DNA of 64,000 nucleotides from Catajapyx aquilonaris. Lineage: Eukaryota. The notes below the pieces were generated by a model. That model saw only the letters and a list, made by a program, of their open reading frames with translations. It ran no database searches and had not been told where the DNA came from. The stretch lies in NCBI GenBank assembly GCA_000934665.2, contig KZ538067.1, positions 1 through 64,000 of the forward strand, given 5' to 3'. Shown in pieces: positions 35,854-47,390 of this stretch; the first letter of the stretch is position 1, and each line of letters starts with the position of its first letter. A program made the position numbers and the translations under genes.

Positions 35854-38800
35854 AACTACGATTTAAACAACATAACAAAACTTATCAAGCTTTTTAGTGT
35901 CTTCTAGAAAAAGTCTGTTTCATTTCTTTGTTTGCGAAACGTATTGACATTTTTTCGGATTCTCTCTCTCTCTCTCTCTTTTTTTTTTTTTGGTGCTGCA
36001 CCGATAATCGGGAGTACAGTGTATGAAAAATAAAAGGAACCTACAATAATGTGGTCATTTGCAGGGGATCCAGCATGAGGTTGTTGTCAAAAAGGTTGTA
36101 TTCAGGAATATATTGTTATTGGCAGAAAGTGATCACTATGTATGTCAAAATCAGTACACATGCATTCAGCCATCATGTTGATGCTAGCCAGAACTGTGCT
36201 GCCTAGCATACCAAATATCCTAAATGATAAAAATGTATGTATTAATCCTTTGCTTCCCACAGCCCGATTTGGTTGTATTATAATACAACCAAACAAAATA
36301 TATTTTAAATTCACTGGCATAACCCCGACAGAAATTTCTTTCACCATAGCCTTAAGAAATGTTCATAGTTTCTATGTTCATGAGTATTTACGCCACTTGC
36401 ATGATATTTTTAATGGTACGACGTCATAGGCCAAAGGTTTCATTCATTTAAAACAACCCGACACGAACACTTCCTGCACGAATTTAAATACACGCAGTTC
36501 CCTGCCGCATATTTCCTGGTATGTGCACGTGCAGCTGAAAACCATTTTAAAAATTCCTGAAATTCTGCGACTTACTTTTCGCCGGGGGAAAAATCTGAAC
36601 GATCTGTGAAGGGTACACTGTAAACCGCAAAACATTAACAGAGCATTAACAGAACATTATAAGAGCATTAAATCATTGTGATGCTCCACAGATGTTTTGC
36701 TGATGCTCTGTTAATGATCTTCAAGTTAATGCTCCAGGAAATAACATTTGTGGAGCATTAAGAGAGCATTAAGAGACCATTACTATCATAATGCTACAAA
36801 ATATTCAAACCTAATGCTCCGAGAAGTGTACACCTAATGCTCCAAAGTGTTATCATAATGCTACAAAAAGGGCAAACATGATGCTCCGAAAAGTGCCAAC
36901 ATGATATGCTCCGAAATCGTAAACCTAATGCTCTGTATTGCAGGCGAATGGGGCAAAATGGGAAAGTTTGAGTTGGGTCAAGTTGGGGAGAGGCGAGGGG
37001 GTCTGCAACAGGACTAAACACAGCCACACTCCTTTCACACTGGCCTGTCACCTGAAGGAGATGCAGCAAGTGAGTACATTCATTATTTTACAATGTACTT
37101 TACTACTACACAAATCTAGAACGTGCACAATACACTGTACTCCCGATTATCTGTGCTAATGAATGCACGTGTGTCGCTGGACAATCGGAAACCACGATAA
37201 TGGTCCGTAAAAATGAGCAGCTATTCACAAGCTTTTAATGCACTACTGTACACAGAGTATGCTCCTTTAAGTTTTATTCTTAAGTAAATTATTTCTCAAC
37301 TCTCCTTGGAATTCCATATACTGGATTAATCTTAGTCCTTGTTGCAGGACCTGGACCAAGCTCTCAAAGTTTGCTAACAAATACTGCAAAAGTGAAAAAA
37401 TCATCCACAAGTGCATGGTAGGTTTCACATTCATTAGCAGCTTCTAGATATACAAGTTAGTCATATCTAATGTAACACTTGCCCACAAACCACAGGACAA
37501 TGAAGAGTACAGCAACCCATTTATGAGCATAGCGATAACTCCGTCAAAAATGACGGCAAGATAGAAAGGGACAGAAGTGATTGACATCGCCATCCTGTGT
37601 TATGGGTATGTTATAACCGGCATACAAGAAGTTCATAGTGTTGTTTTTTTTATTGCGCTGGCCATGGCCATTTGTTTCGGGTGAATCTTTTTCAAACAAA
37701 CGCAAGACTTCTACAGGGCCCAAGAGTATTTTGTTTTTGGTTTATGTACCTCCTGGCCTGAAAAAAAATCTCAGAACATACGTGAATAAGATGACGAGAT
37801 TGCATAATAATGAATGAACAGATAAATGTTACTCAGCACTTGTAAGTCCCAGTCTGTTTTGATTTTTGAACAAGATGAGGAGATTGAATGATGAATGAAC
37901 AGAAAAATGTTACCCACTACTTGTAAGTTCCAGTCTATTTTGATTTTAGTTGCATTTTGTTGATCCAATAAAGTTGTTTCACCTTTTTTAAAATTATTAT
38001 TGTACCCCCATTCTCGGGCCTTGGGCCCTTTTTAGGGGAGTGGAATACCAACATTTTTTTTTTCTTTGGAACCATATAATATGATATAATTTAATTGTTC
38101 CAAGGGTAAGTAGGAGGGGATGTGCAAAGTGCAAGTGCAATGTCGCATATTGGTCATTTTGTGAACTCCCCCGGGTGGATTAGTCTAACGGAAATTTCCA
38201 CCCGAGACGAAGCCAGAGATGGCCCAACTCTGCACGAGATGAAGGGAGGAACCCCTGGCTGGGATCGAACCCAGGACCTTAACATCCATGGGCGCATACA
38301 TTACCGCAGCACCACTCCGCCTCCCTAAGTTGTTTCACCTTGGCAAATTACGTACTTCCTTTTAAACCGGACCTTTAAAAAAAAAATTACGGACACTTAA
38401 TGTTTTCATAATTCATCAGAGAGACTGGGCAATCATATAAAATTATCTTGAATTTTTAAGGGGAGTGCAAGCGGCTAAAAAAACCTGTGTAGATGTCGCA
38501 ATAGGATGACGTCACCGTCTTGATGCCCTCTCTCGATATGCAATGTAGGTTGGTATGTCTCGCAGTGTTCAGCCCCCTTTTGTGCACGAATAGCGACACC
38601 AATGGTGCCAGATCCAGTGATTTTCACCTAGGGCGCTCTTTTTAAACCCCCACCCAAACAGTGCAAAATCAAGAGGGAGGCAAAGGGTTAAGATATTTTG
38701 TAGCAAGTGTAAAAATGCAAAGGTTCAACATGGAAATCTATTTGCAAATGTGAATAAAAATGAATGCAATTTCTGTGTAATGTTAATAAATCTCTTGGCC

Positions 38801-41800
38801 TAAACAATAGAAAACTTGAAACTCACACATCAGGCTCCCCTCCATTGACGCAGGCTGAGACACCACAGGGAACCTGTCTAGTAATCTTCTGCATGTCGCC
38901 ACCTAATTTTGGCTTCTCATGCCACTCCAGTATTCCTTGCCAAATAACCTGCCGATTTCTCTCCTGTGTGGCTGCCGCAAGTGCTGCCTGTGAGCCAGAT
39001 TGCTGTCCTGGCTGCTGAGGATGGGCACCTGGATTCTGCTGGGATTGGGGTGGTTGCTGGGGTGCCTGACCTTGTCCTGGAGGAAGGGAAGTGGGAGGAG
39101 GTTGACCTACAGGTCCACCTGCTCCTGGAAGCATGGAAGCAGCTGATGTGGCTGGACCCCCCATTTGTTGTTGCTGCATGCGAATGTTGGCCTGTTGGGT
39201 CAATGCTGGAGACACCTGGTGGCTCTGAACCATAGTTGATGTGGCCATCACATTTGGATCTGTAGACACAAGATCATCATCTGGTTATGAAGCTGACAGT
39301 ATCCCTTAAATCAAGCATCAAAAAATATAGTCACAGTGAAAACCACAAGTTAATTACATTTTAACTGATTTGTAGTCAATGACAGATTATACAAGCTGTT
39401 GGAATATATTAAGTGACAAACCTGGCAGGCTTGGGTACCTTTTGAATGCAAAAGACAAAATTGCCAAGACAATATCACGTCTGTTTTGTAACGTCACTTA
39501 TGTGTGAATGTTAGGAATTATCATACTGGTTATACTTCTGGATTATTGCCTGCAGTAGCCAGGTGCTAAACCAGCAGGATTTCCCCTATCACTCACACAT
39601 GTGTAACATGCTCTACCTTGATTAAATATTCCAAGCATCTAATTGTTACTGATATTGTTGATATTGGCGACAGTCAGTGTTGCCCATACAAAATTCAGTA
39701 CCAGTTTTAAAAAATCCTTGACATGGTGTTTCTTTGCAGCAATGGCTAAATATGGCATCATGTGCCTATGCTAATTTTAGGAAAAAATTATCTTCAATTT
39801 TCTCATGGTCAAGTGGTACTTGCTTTTGAAACACAATAATATTTGCTTCAATGTAGGTTAAAAGAAGCAAGCTTAAGCATTTTTAGTATGTTCCATTTTG
39901 ACATTTAAGCAAATGAATTTTAAAAAATACAAAACTAACTCAGAATCAACAGGAAAATATATAATTTAATCTTAAATCCTCCAAAGAAAATCTTCCAAGT
40001 AGTCCTAGAAAGTAGATCAGAAGGTGCAAGTGGTAATATCACAGTATGCCCACATGACCATCTGTCAACCCAGAGTGATAAACCTTGGGGCAAATAGGCA
40101 TAGGTCACACCTCAATTATCCGTTCTATTGGAGCATCATCTCTACTCTCCCAGGACTGGTATGTCTAATTGCATACACAAAATACTTCCTTGGAACTCGG
40201 TGACAGCTATGTAACAAATTAATTCCAAAAGTGACTTTTCCTTCACTACCATAATTATATTTACTGGCTGAAGAGCATAAAATTGCTAAGCCTATTGCAG
40301 TGTACGGTGCTGGACATTAATTCCGTTGTACTGCTCAAGTCCTTAAAAAGAAAGAACGATCTGACGTCATCGTTTTGTTTACAGACTCCTAGTCAACGGA
40401 AATGTGCCAAGCGCACCTCTGGAACCTTCCACTTTTCCTGTTTCCATGGCGATGTCCTGCAACAATGTTTACATTGTTTACAGTGTAAACAAAAAAGAAC
40501 AATGTTTACTCTTATTGTTGTATGAGGACATCTCCATGGAAACAGGAAAAGTGGAAGGTTCCAGAAGTGCGCTTGGCACATTTCCGTTGACTAGGAGTCT
40601 GTAAACAAAACGATGACGTCAGAACGTTCTTTCGTTTTACTGACTATAGCGACATTTTCTGATGTGGCAGAAGTGCAAAGCGATTTGATGGAGTGCGAGC
40701 CATGCGAGTAAGAAGTGGTAGGCCTTGGGTGACGTCACCAGCTGGGGGCAATGGAGAAAAGGCTTGTCCACAGCTGGTGACATCATCCAAGGCCTACCAT
40801 TTCTTATTCACATGGTTCGTACTCCATCACTTCACTTTGCAGTTCTGTCGCATCGGAAAATGTCACTAGCAGTACGACGGAATTAATGTCCAGCACTGTA
40901 CAAACTACCAACATTATGTGTGCCACTTACTTGGTACATCCATCTGCTGGAACCCTTGTGGCATCCCTGGGACTCCAACCTGGCATCCTGGACCCACTGC
41001 ACCACCTGGTACCACCTGCTGCTGAGGAGGAGGTTGACTCAACTGTGCTGCAATCAGTGGATTGTTGTGCACTGGATTCTGACCCTGGGTCATAAAAGGC
41101 CTCATTTGTACTGCCCCTGAATGCCACCTCACTGCTTCCTGTTGAGTTTGAGGCCTTTGTCCTGGTCCTACTGGGGTTCCAGGCTGCGGATTCCCCATTC
41201 TCATTACAAACCCTGGTGGTGGAGGTGGCCCTGGACTTGGCGTGGAGTAGATAGGGTTGGTTGATGGGCGTGACATATGCTGTTGAGGTGGAGGTGGAGG
41301 AAGTGGATGAAGTTGTGGAGGGAGAGGTGGAGGTGGAGGAGGAGGTGTGGGACGAAGATGTGGGTGAGGAGATGCCTGGGGATGTTGTTGTTGAGGATGC
41401 ATTGGTGGTGCTCCAGAGGGATTTTGTGGAGTTGGTGGTGGAATGGGAGCAGGGCTGCCCAAGTTGGGGGCTGCAGGAGAAGGGACTGCAGCTGGAGGCA
41501 CAGAGGCAGGGTTGTGATGGGGAGGAGGGGCAGAAGAGGATGGGGCAGACTGAGGAGCTAGGGAAGGGCTAAGAGGGCGCTCCTGTAAGCTGCAATTTAA
41601 AAAATCAGTGTACATCTGATAAAATTATAAAATAAATATACATCCTTACCTATATCCCCTGAGCAAGACGAGATGCCTGGGATCCTTTGCATAATTCTTT
41701 GCTTGCAATGCATTCAAATCACCTCCAGCCTTATCAAAAAGTTTCAGCAAAGCAGGGATCTTCCTCGGGGAAAGGATGGAAAAATTTATGCTCTTCTCCA

Positions 41801-43656
41801 GCATAAGGCTGACCAACTGCTCTACCATTAAGCCCCCATAGGTTACACATTCATTCACTGGGAGGCAGTAAGGAGAGGAGTTGCACACCAGGATACAGTG
41901 CTTGTGAGTTGCTCCATTCTCCCGCTTTTGCTGCAGGTCATCAAAGCACTGCAGGGCTGTTGCAAGGCCCTCTGCTATGTGTGCCAAGGGCTCTCCTTGA
42001 CCCCCTATAAATCTAGAAGGTAGTAATAAACACAGTCAAGTAACTGAAATGGCAATACTTGCTATAGATTGTCATCTTCTTTTTTATATTTGCGATTTCC
42101 AGGTTATTTTGCAAAACTACATAACCCTGCCTAGAAATGAAGAAATTACATTAGTCTGAAAATGCAAGAGAACTATAAAGACACAATATCACAGCTGCAT
42201 CTTGTGTTTCTAGATATGTGATGAACTAGTTTTATGCATCGAAAAAGGACAGAAGCCTTTTCTACCCCAATTAAGGAAACCTACCAAATTGCTAAGATTT
42301 AGCTGGAGAACATGCCCGTTACATATGTATTTCAAAAATATGCAATTCTGGTATTGCACATTTCATACTCACTCAATCTGATCCAGAAGAGAGAGAAATT
42401 TCTGTGCACTTGTGAAGGGTCCATAACAGTCAACAGGAAGCAATGGAAGGCAGTCAGATGCTTGAAATGTAACCATTGCGAAAAGGGTACTGTTAGCCGG
42501 CTGAAAGTGACACGATCAGTATAATTAATAACAATAACAGCATCAACAGCAGCAACAACTACCATCACCATATCAACAATAGCAACAACTTACATCTGAC
42601 TTCTCTTCTTCAAGCCTCCCTCCTTTAAAAAACCTGTAATAAAGGTGTACTTTTACTTAACTATGTAAGCAATGTATCACACTAAATTTACATGGTCTAC
42701 ATTCCACATGGCCATTCACACACAAGCACACTGCTCACTGCACTGATGGGAACTTCGGCCTCCCACTGTCTGTGAAAGAGCCCAAGTCCCAAAGTCTCAC
42801 CATAAAGAAACTGTGTGTATACAAAAAGGGGAATGATTTATTGATTCATCTAAATGCGGTCATAGCACAGAGTTTTAGTCTATGCCTGATATGTCACTTT
42901 CTTCCCTAGGAGTTTCAAAATTCCATCTAGAATCCTATTCTTCCTGGTGTGGCATGAACTGCTGATATTGGCATTTCCAAGATTTTCCAACAATTTCTAA
43001 TGTTCACTACTGACATTCAGTCGATCTTGACTTACACATCAGTTGTAGAATACTACACAAGTCCATTCTCCAATGGCCATGTCAGTAATTAAGTTCCTAC
43101 CTTGAGCAGCCTTAGCAATTGTGCATCAAAAAGCTAGGGCCATTCAGATGTAAGAATTTCTCCCAAAATCTGTACAACCATATTTAGTGACCCTATGTCA
43201 AGCACTATGGCCTCAAAATTAATTATTTTGCCTTTTCAGCAGTTTCTAGGCCATTGGTTCCTAACTTTTTTTTCTCGAGGCACTCCTACACACACCAAAA
43301 ATTCTGAAGGCAACCCTAACTTCACGAGTTCAGTATAATACTTCTTCTGAACAGCCATAGGCAACATTTCATAATGACACTTCACAAGGTGATTTAATCG
43401 CAAACCACACCAGCAAGTTAACCGGTTGGGAACCACTGCTCTAGGCTGCACCAGCAAAAGATAAGAGTCACTTGATGTAATAGGTGCATTCTCATGTGCA
43501 ACTCATGTGCCACGACATTTCTGGTGAGGAATCAAAAGTACTCATTCACATGCGTAACGTTCTGGGGAGCAAGTGCGTATCGCAAGGCACTACACTCCTT
43601 ACGAACAAAACCCGTGGTTTCCAACCTGTCGGTTGCGGGGGGTAGCGAAGTTATTG

Positions 43657-43706
<50 letters not shown>

Positions 43707-45480
43707 TAAATTAATCATTTAATGAATCATATAATATTTAAAAATGAGCGAACACTGTGTACAAGTTTTACGGTTGAGGCATAGTTCGGCGAGAGAAACC
43801 TAGCAACGTTTGCTCTCCTCTATCCACGGATGGACACTCTGGTTGACAGAAAATAGTGGATCTATCTTCATTTGAAATGTTTCACCATCTGCAAGAGTAT
43901 ATCGGGGGCCGTGGTGCAAAATTCAAGAGTGAGTCACCTCCGCACATTTGCAAATACTAAAGGAGGGTTTCGAGAAATATTTCGGTGACATTGAAATTGC
44001 AGAGGTCGAGTAGGTTCGAAATTTGTTCAATGAGTTTTCAAGGGAAAAACTGTCTAATTATGAACATGAGCAGCTCATTGATTTACACTGTGATCGCACA
44101 TTGAAAAATAAGAATTGACGAAGTTCTGGTTGGATGTGCAGAGGGAATACCTGAGATTAAGAGCACGCAGCAGTAAAAATATGGTAACGCATTTTGTAGG
44201 GAACTTAATTTTTTGACGCGAAATGTTAATCTCGAAAGACACGCGCAAAGATTTTGGCAATTAAAATGGTACCATACTCGACACGATTGCATTAAAATTG
44301 TGGACACATGGCCTCAGAAATGTGTCCAATTATCTCGCCATTCCTTCCGCCATGTTAATCAAATTGACATTTTGGAAACTCCATTTTCCGTTCACTTCAA
44401 CTTGCCATAAAGGTCATTTCTTGGGCGAAAATGGAAAATATACTAACTAGGTGCCCTGTGCCAAATCATCAAGTTTTTTTCGTGCAATATCTGACAATTG
44501 AACCTATTTTGCGGCCACACAGAGTGAATGTTTCTGGAAAGAGGGCAGTTGTAGGAGGGGGCCGGGGAAGGGGGGGATCGCAGTTAGTAAAAGGTTGGAA
44601 ACCACTGAATTAAACCCTGTGTAGTGCTGAATTTTTTTCACAGCAGCCCAGCTGCTACCAGATTAGCAAGACCAAAATCTCCCTCCTATCCAGTGGTCAG
44701 GACTTAGGTGAAGCATTAGGTGCTTTCCCCTGCTTCACTGGCATCTGAGAGCAACCAAGAGACAAACTGTGAGGCATGAAGCATGACTTTTATTTACCCA
44801 TGGATATTACAAATTTGGATCGTTGTATCATCAGTTCAAAAAGAACTGTCCCAGTCATCCTGATGTGTGTGCTGCCCGCTCGACACACACCATGTAACTT
44901 ACATGGTGTGTGTCGAGCGGCCAGCCCACACGTCAGGATGACTGGGACAGTTCTTTTTGCACTGTTGATACAGAGCGCCTGCATCTACAGGCAGGAATAA
45001 CTGGAAGGAGAAGTGCAATATCTGACATATGGTCACTTTGTGAGTTCTCCCGGGTGGATTAGTCTAGCAGAGATTACACCTGAGACTGAGCCAGAGACAA
45101 CCTAACTCTGCATGTGATAAAAGGGAGGAAGAACCAGGCTTGGGATCAAAACCAGCTAAAAACATGTGTAATCATGTGACTATCTTGTTTTTTGGGGGGA
45201 GTAATTCCCGAAAATTATAAAAAGGCTTACTTTGCTAATATTTATATTCCTTTCATTCCTTCCTACTAAAAAAGAAATAAGATAGTTACTCTAGGGAAGG
45301 GATGATGTAGTTGGCTTTCAATTCGTTGAGGTACGCGCCACAGAGAGCGGTGGCCTCCACTACGAAGATCACATCTGACACAGGACCATTGTCCTGTGCT
45401 GTACTAGATGACGAGGACGACGACGAACTCCCTGCTGCGCCACCTCCGCTGGACGCGGAAGCTGAAGCTCCCACCACCAT
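23510..45480 (-). CDS. MED25: Mediator of RNA polymerase II transcription subunit 25, whole spliced gene (12 coding exons, 3084 nt, 1027 aa)
   Basis: Exons listed below join with GT-AG sites and consistent phases. Recognisable MED25 motifs: [29 protein letters not shown] (VWA start), [80 protein letters not shown]. Confidence 0.96.
24690..24961. mobile_element. hAT (Charlie/hobo-like) MITE, decayed inverted homologue of 58041-58285
   Basis: Colinear similarity; flanks gcttagag / gctgagag. Confidence 0.7.
25413..25604 (-). CDS. MED25: MED25 exon 11 (contains [11 protein letters not shown]xxLL NR box)
   Basis: gtgcag acceptor, CAG|GTCAGT donor; 192 nt, phase 0-0. Confidence 0.88.
26378..26672. 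mobile_element. Fold-back MITE, ~90-bp arms
   Basis: actagtccagccaacggc...gccgttggctggactagt. Confidence 0.8.
26909..27099. mobile_element. Fold-back MITE, apparently nested in a smaller inverted-repeat element (~26863-27136)
   Basis: tttaatataaaaggctccg...cggagccttttatattaaa. Confidence 0.75.
27655..27912 (-). CDS. MED25: MED25 exon 10 (Q/G-rich, [24 protein letters not shown])
   Basis: tttcag acceptor, GAG|GTTAAT donor; 258 nt, phase 0-0. Confidence 0.88.
27998..28279 (-). CDS. MED25: MED25 exon 9, low complexity
   Basis: atacag acceptor, CAG|GTTGGT donor; 282 nt, phase 0-0; M/G/S/Q-rich. Confidence 0.82.
30407..31106. mobile_element. Tc1/mariner-superfamily fold-back made from transposase 3' ends
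   Basis: TA-CAGGGTCATC TIRs with ~120-bp arms; decayed P..TPIDFF remnant of the WPPRSPDLTPxDFF motif. Confidence 0.8.
31283..31528. mobile_element. MITE with GAGGGGTGTGG TIRs and 4-bp TSD attt (Sola-like)
   Basis: Uninterrupted homologue of 2601-3158. Confidence 0.8.
33243..33419 (-). CDS. MED25: MED25 exon 8 (ACID domain, AGCVHF...[19 protein letters not shown])
   Basis: ttgtag acceptor, GTAACT donor; 177 nt, phase 0-0. Confidence 0.95.
33480..33642 (-). CDS. MED25: MED25 exon 7 (ACID domain, [15 protein letters not shown]...DSGF)
   Basis: ccacag acceptor, GTGAGT donor; followed by a 60-nt intron. Confidence 0.95.
33725..33886. mobile_element. Hairpin MITE (TA-CAGTGTTGGACATTAAT)
   Basis: ~65-bp arms; related to 40305-40898. 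Confidence 0.8.
33915..34672. mobile_element. TIR element with 9-bp TSD gtgcattag (Mutator-like), containing a tRNA-like segment
   Basis: TSD at 33906-33914 and 34673-34681; TIR ggagagcacgggcaccccgacacacaacac. Confidence 0.8.
34189..34268 (-). pseudogene. tRNA-Trp-like degenerate sequence with A/B boxes and an oligo-T run
   Basis: TGGCGCATTGGTAGCGCGCTGGCCTATAGATCAGAAGGCTGCAGGTTCGCGTCC then T9; anticodon and acceptor stems do not pair properly. Confidence 0.55.
34853..35279. mobile_element. Tc1/mariner-type fold-back MITE (CAGGGTGGTCGG), ~190-bp arms
   Basis: Long inverted arms; TA on the left flank. Confidence 0.88.
35505..35853 (+). mobile_element. SINE family B, full length with long (TTA)n tail
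   Basis: Homologous to 2751-3038; 15-bp TSD aacta(a/c)gatttaaac. Confidence 0.92.
36617..36935. repeat. CACTGTAAACC terminus followed by many short agcatt/aatgct subterminal repeats (CACTA-like remnant)
   Basis: Repeated motif in both orientations; matching other end not found. Confidence 0.45.
37786..37947. repeat. Tandem duplication, ~80-bp unit x2
   Basis: aagatga.gagattg...gaatgaacaga.aaatgttac...cttgtaagt.ccagtct.ttttgatttt occurs twice. Confidence 0.8.
37986..38326 (-). mobile_element. SINE family A, full length
   Basis: 15-bp TSD aagttgtttcacctt (37971-37985 and 38327-38341); A/B boxes. Confidence 0.92.
38827..39259 (-). CDS. MED25: MED25 exon 6 (linker plus start of ACID/PTOV domain)
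   Basis: ctacag acceptor, GTGAGT donor; [16 protein letters not shown] motif. Confidence 0.92.
40305..40898. mobile_element. MITE (C(A/G)GTGCTGGACATTAATTCC TIR) with a nested ~285-bp fold-back (40351-40633)
   Basis: Outer TIRs with TA flanks; inner near-perfect ~100-bp arms. Confidence 0.85.
40931..41589 (-). CDS. MED25: MED25 exon 5, Pro/Gln-rich linker
   Basis: ttgcag acceptor giving GYSLQERP, GTAAGT donor; open for 659 nt. Confidence 0.9.
41650..42012 (-). CDS. MED25: MED25 exon 4 ([16 protein letters not shown]...HLVLLRGY)
   Basis: ttctag acceptor, GTAAGG donor; core of VWA domain; followed by a 60-nt intron. Confidence 0.95.
42373..42500 (-). CDS. MED25: MED25 exon 3 ([19 protein letters not shown]...[17 protein letters not shown])
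   Basis: ctttcag acceptor, GTGAGT donor; VWA-domain sequence; not in the ORF track in this frame. Confidence 0.9.
42594..42633 (-). CDS. MED25: MED25 exon 2 (40 nt, [13 protein letters not shown])
   Basis: ttacag acceptor, GTAAGT donor; bridges phase 2 to phase 0; equivalent position to the YFNGG segment of known MED25. Confidence 0.85.
43611..44607. mobile_element. hAT-type element (..GTGGTTTCCAACC TIR) with an internal (TTA)n microsatellite
   Basis: cccgtggtttccaacct ... ggttggaaaccactg. Confidence 0.6.
44824..44971. repeat. Near-perfect 148-bp palindrome in MED25 intron 1
   Basis: Arms meet at catgtaacttacatg with essentially no spacer. Confidence 0.9.
45290..45480 (-). CDS. MED25: MED25 exon 1 (MVVGASAS...ANYIIPSLE)
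   Basis: ATG at 45480; donor GA|GTAACT, phase 2; VWA N-terminal motif. Confidence 0.9.
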
Positions 45481-45709
45481 TACTGCACTTGGGTTATCAC
45501 TTACAAAGAAACCCACACCAGCCCGGCTGGTAATGGAGCTGCACTTGTCACAAGAGAGAATAGGGCATAAGAGCCTATGCCTGTGCGTCAATACTGTCAA
45601 TATGCCTTCATTTCGGCAGATTTCGCTCCCATTTTAGCTAATGACCCACAAGGTAACAAGGAAATAACAACTTCTACTGTGACAGACACACCTCACCGCA
45701 ACTCAGCGT

Positions 45710-45719
45710 CGGCCATTTT
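45710..45719 (-). promoter_or_regulatory. YY1/Pho-like motif AAAATGGCCG near the presumed MED25 TSS; contains an upstream ATG
   Basis: Motif match ~235 bp upstream of the MED25 ATG; the TSS itself cannot be seen. Confidence 0.4.
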
Positions 45720-45917
45720 ACAACGCTCATTACAATGGGTTGAAAGAAACGAAACTGTTAAGTAAATATAAAATTAGCTATCGGGAGTAGCAGCTACTTA
45801 TGGCTACAAAACGTATACAGTTTCCACGCATTTCCATTCATTACTTTTTGGATCATTAATGGTTCTGGGATATTTTACTCGATTTTTTTTTACAGGGCCT
45901 ACATGTAATATGTATAT

Positions 45918-46028
45918 CAGTGGTTTCCAACCTGGGGGTCGCGGGCCTTTGTTCAACTTTTTTTATTGTCGCACATTTATGGAAACATGCTTAGGGGGTC
46001 GCAGTTGGTAAAAGGTTGGAAACCATTG
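45918..46028. mobile_element. 111-bp hAT MITE in the MED25 upstream region
   Basis: CAGTGGTTTCCAACC TIR; 8-bp TSD atgtatat. Confidence 0.9.
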
Positions 46029-46063
46029 ATGTATATCTGTGTCGAATGTGGGAAGGGATTATT

Positions 46064-46933
46064 CAGGGGCGGATCCACGGGGGGATAGGGGACATCCCCC
46101 CCNNNCCCCCCCCCCCCCCCCCAAAAAAAAAGCTCTTTAAAATTATAACAATCACGTCAGATTTCATTCGAACCGCAATTTTTTCGAACGGGCGCGCTTT
46201 CGAGCGGCCTTATTTCATACAAAACTCACACCATCATTCGCATCATGTAGCCACCATATAGTCTTTGCAATCGTCCCAGAAGGAGCCGCGGCTATACTGA
46301 CAGCACGTGTGTATATGATAAGCTCAAAAATCGGAAACGCTAATCGAGCGGGGTAAAACAGGAACGTGTTCTGGACTTCTTGTCGTCTCTAATTAAGGGC
46401 CAAAAACGCGACTTTTGTGTAGTGGCTGGTTTTCATTTTCCACTATGCAAAGTGAGAAGTTTCCCTGCATACCGGTATTCATTTTTTTGTAGGCTTTGTA
46501 TAGGTCACTTTTTGCCGGGGCAGGATGGAATGGGTGATCTGAAAGTACGGAATGTGGGGGTGGCGGGCTAGACTATGCAGATGGATGTATATGTGTATGT
46601 TTGTTCCATCCTCGATGCAAATGAATATTAAGCAGCCCCACCCAGAAATGTTTGAAATAGCATTAGAAATTACTAATTCGAGATTTTTTTGGAAAACGTG
46701 CTACCAATTTCATCAAATCTCCCTCATTCACCTAAGCTCGTGTGACCTTGAACCCCCCAATATTTTGTCCATTTACGGCTTGTTCACCTAGACTCCTAGT
46801 GCTTATGAAATGTGACCCCTCCAAAAAAAAACCTGCCTACGCACCTGGCTTTGAAAACAAGGGGTGGCGGTGGGGAGGCAACATTAATACGGAATAGTTC
46901 CTCCCCCAAAATTCCTCTCTGGATCCACCCCTG
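46064..46933. mobile_element. TIR element CAGGGGCGGATCCA...TGGATCCACCCCTG
   Basis: TIRs; direct repeat gattatt on both flanks. Confidence 0.8.
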
Positions 46934-47390
46934 GATTATTATACTACTGCTGTTTGGTTTACAATTTTGGAAGATGGTCAGATCAGAGGGCTGGATCCGC
47001 CCCTGGTCCTAGTTGGGAAATCCTCCGTAATAAGAATGAAATATTGTTACCTTCGTAACTATCATGGGGATCTTTTAAACGCTTCTAAATGCTGCTACTG
47101 AATTTTGATTGTGGGAGGAAATAAGAGAATAAGTATCTGAAATTAAAGTTCACCTCAAATTACATGCGATATTGATTTCAAACATGATTTATTAAACATG
47201 TATGAGAATTACCTACTACTACAATTTGCAACATACTGTAGAAAATTAAAATACAACCAAGTCAATCTTAAATGAATGGTGGTCAGGACAAGAATTAATC
47301 CAGATTCATCAGTTTTTGTGATTGGTTTTTTGGCAGAGGGGGATAGTCAGGAACAACAATGATTTGTATGTGATCAAAATGGGTGGTATT

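Noticed and set aside
35645..35878. Poly-Asn ORF (and poly-Ile ORF at 43494-43709)
   Set aside because: Translations of (TTA)n SINE tail or microsatellite
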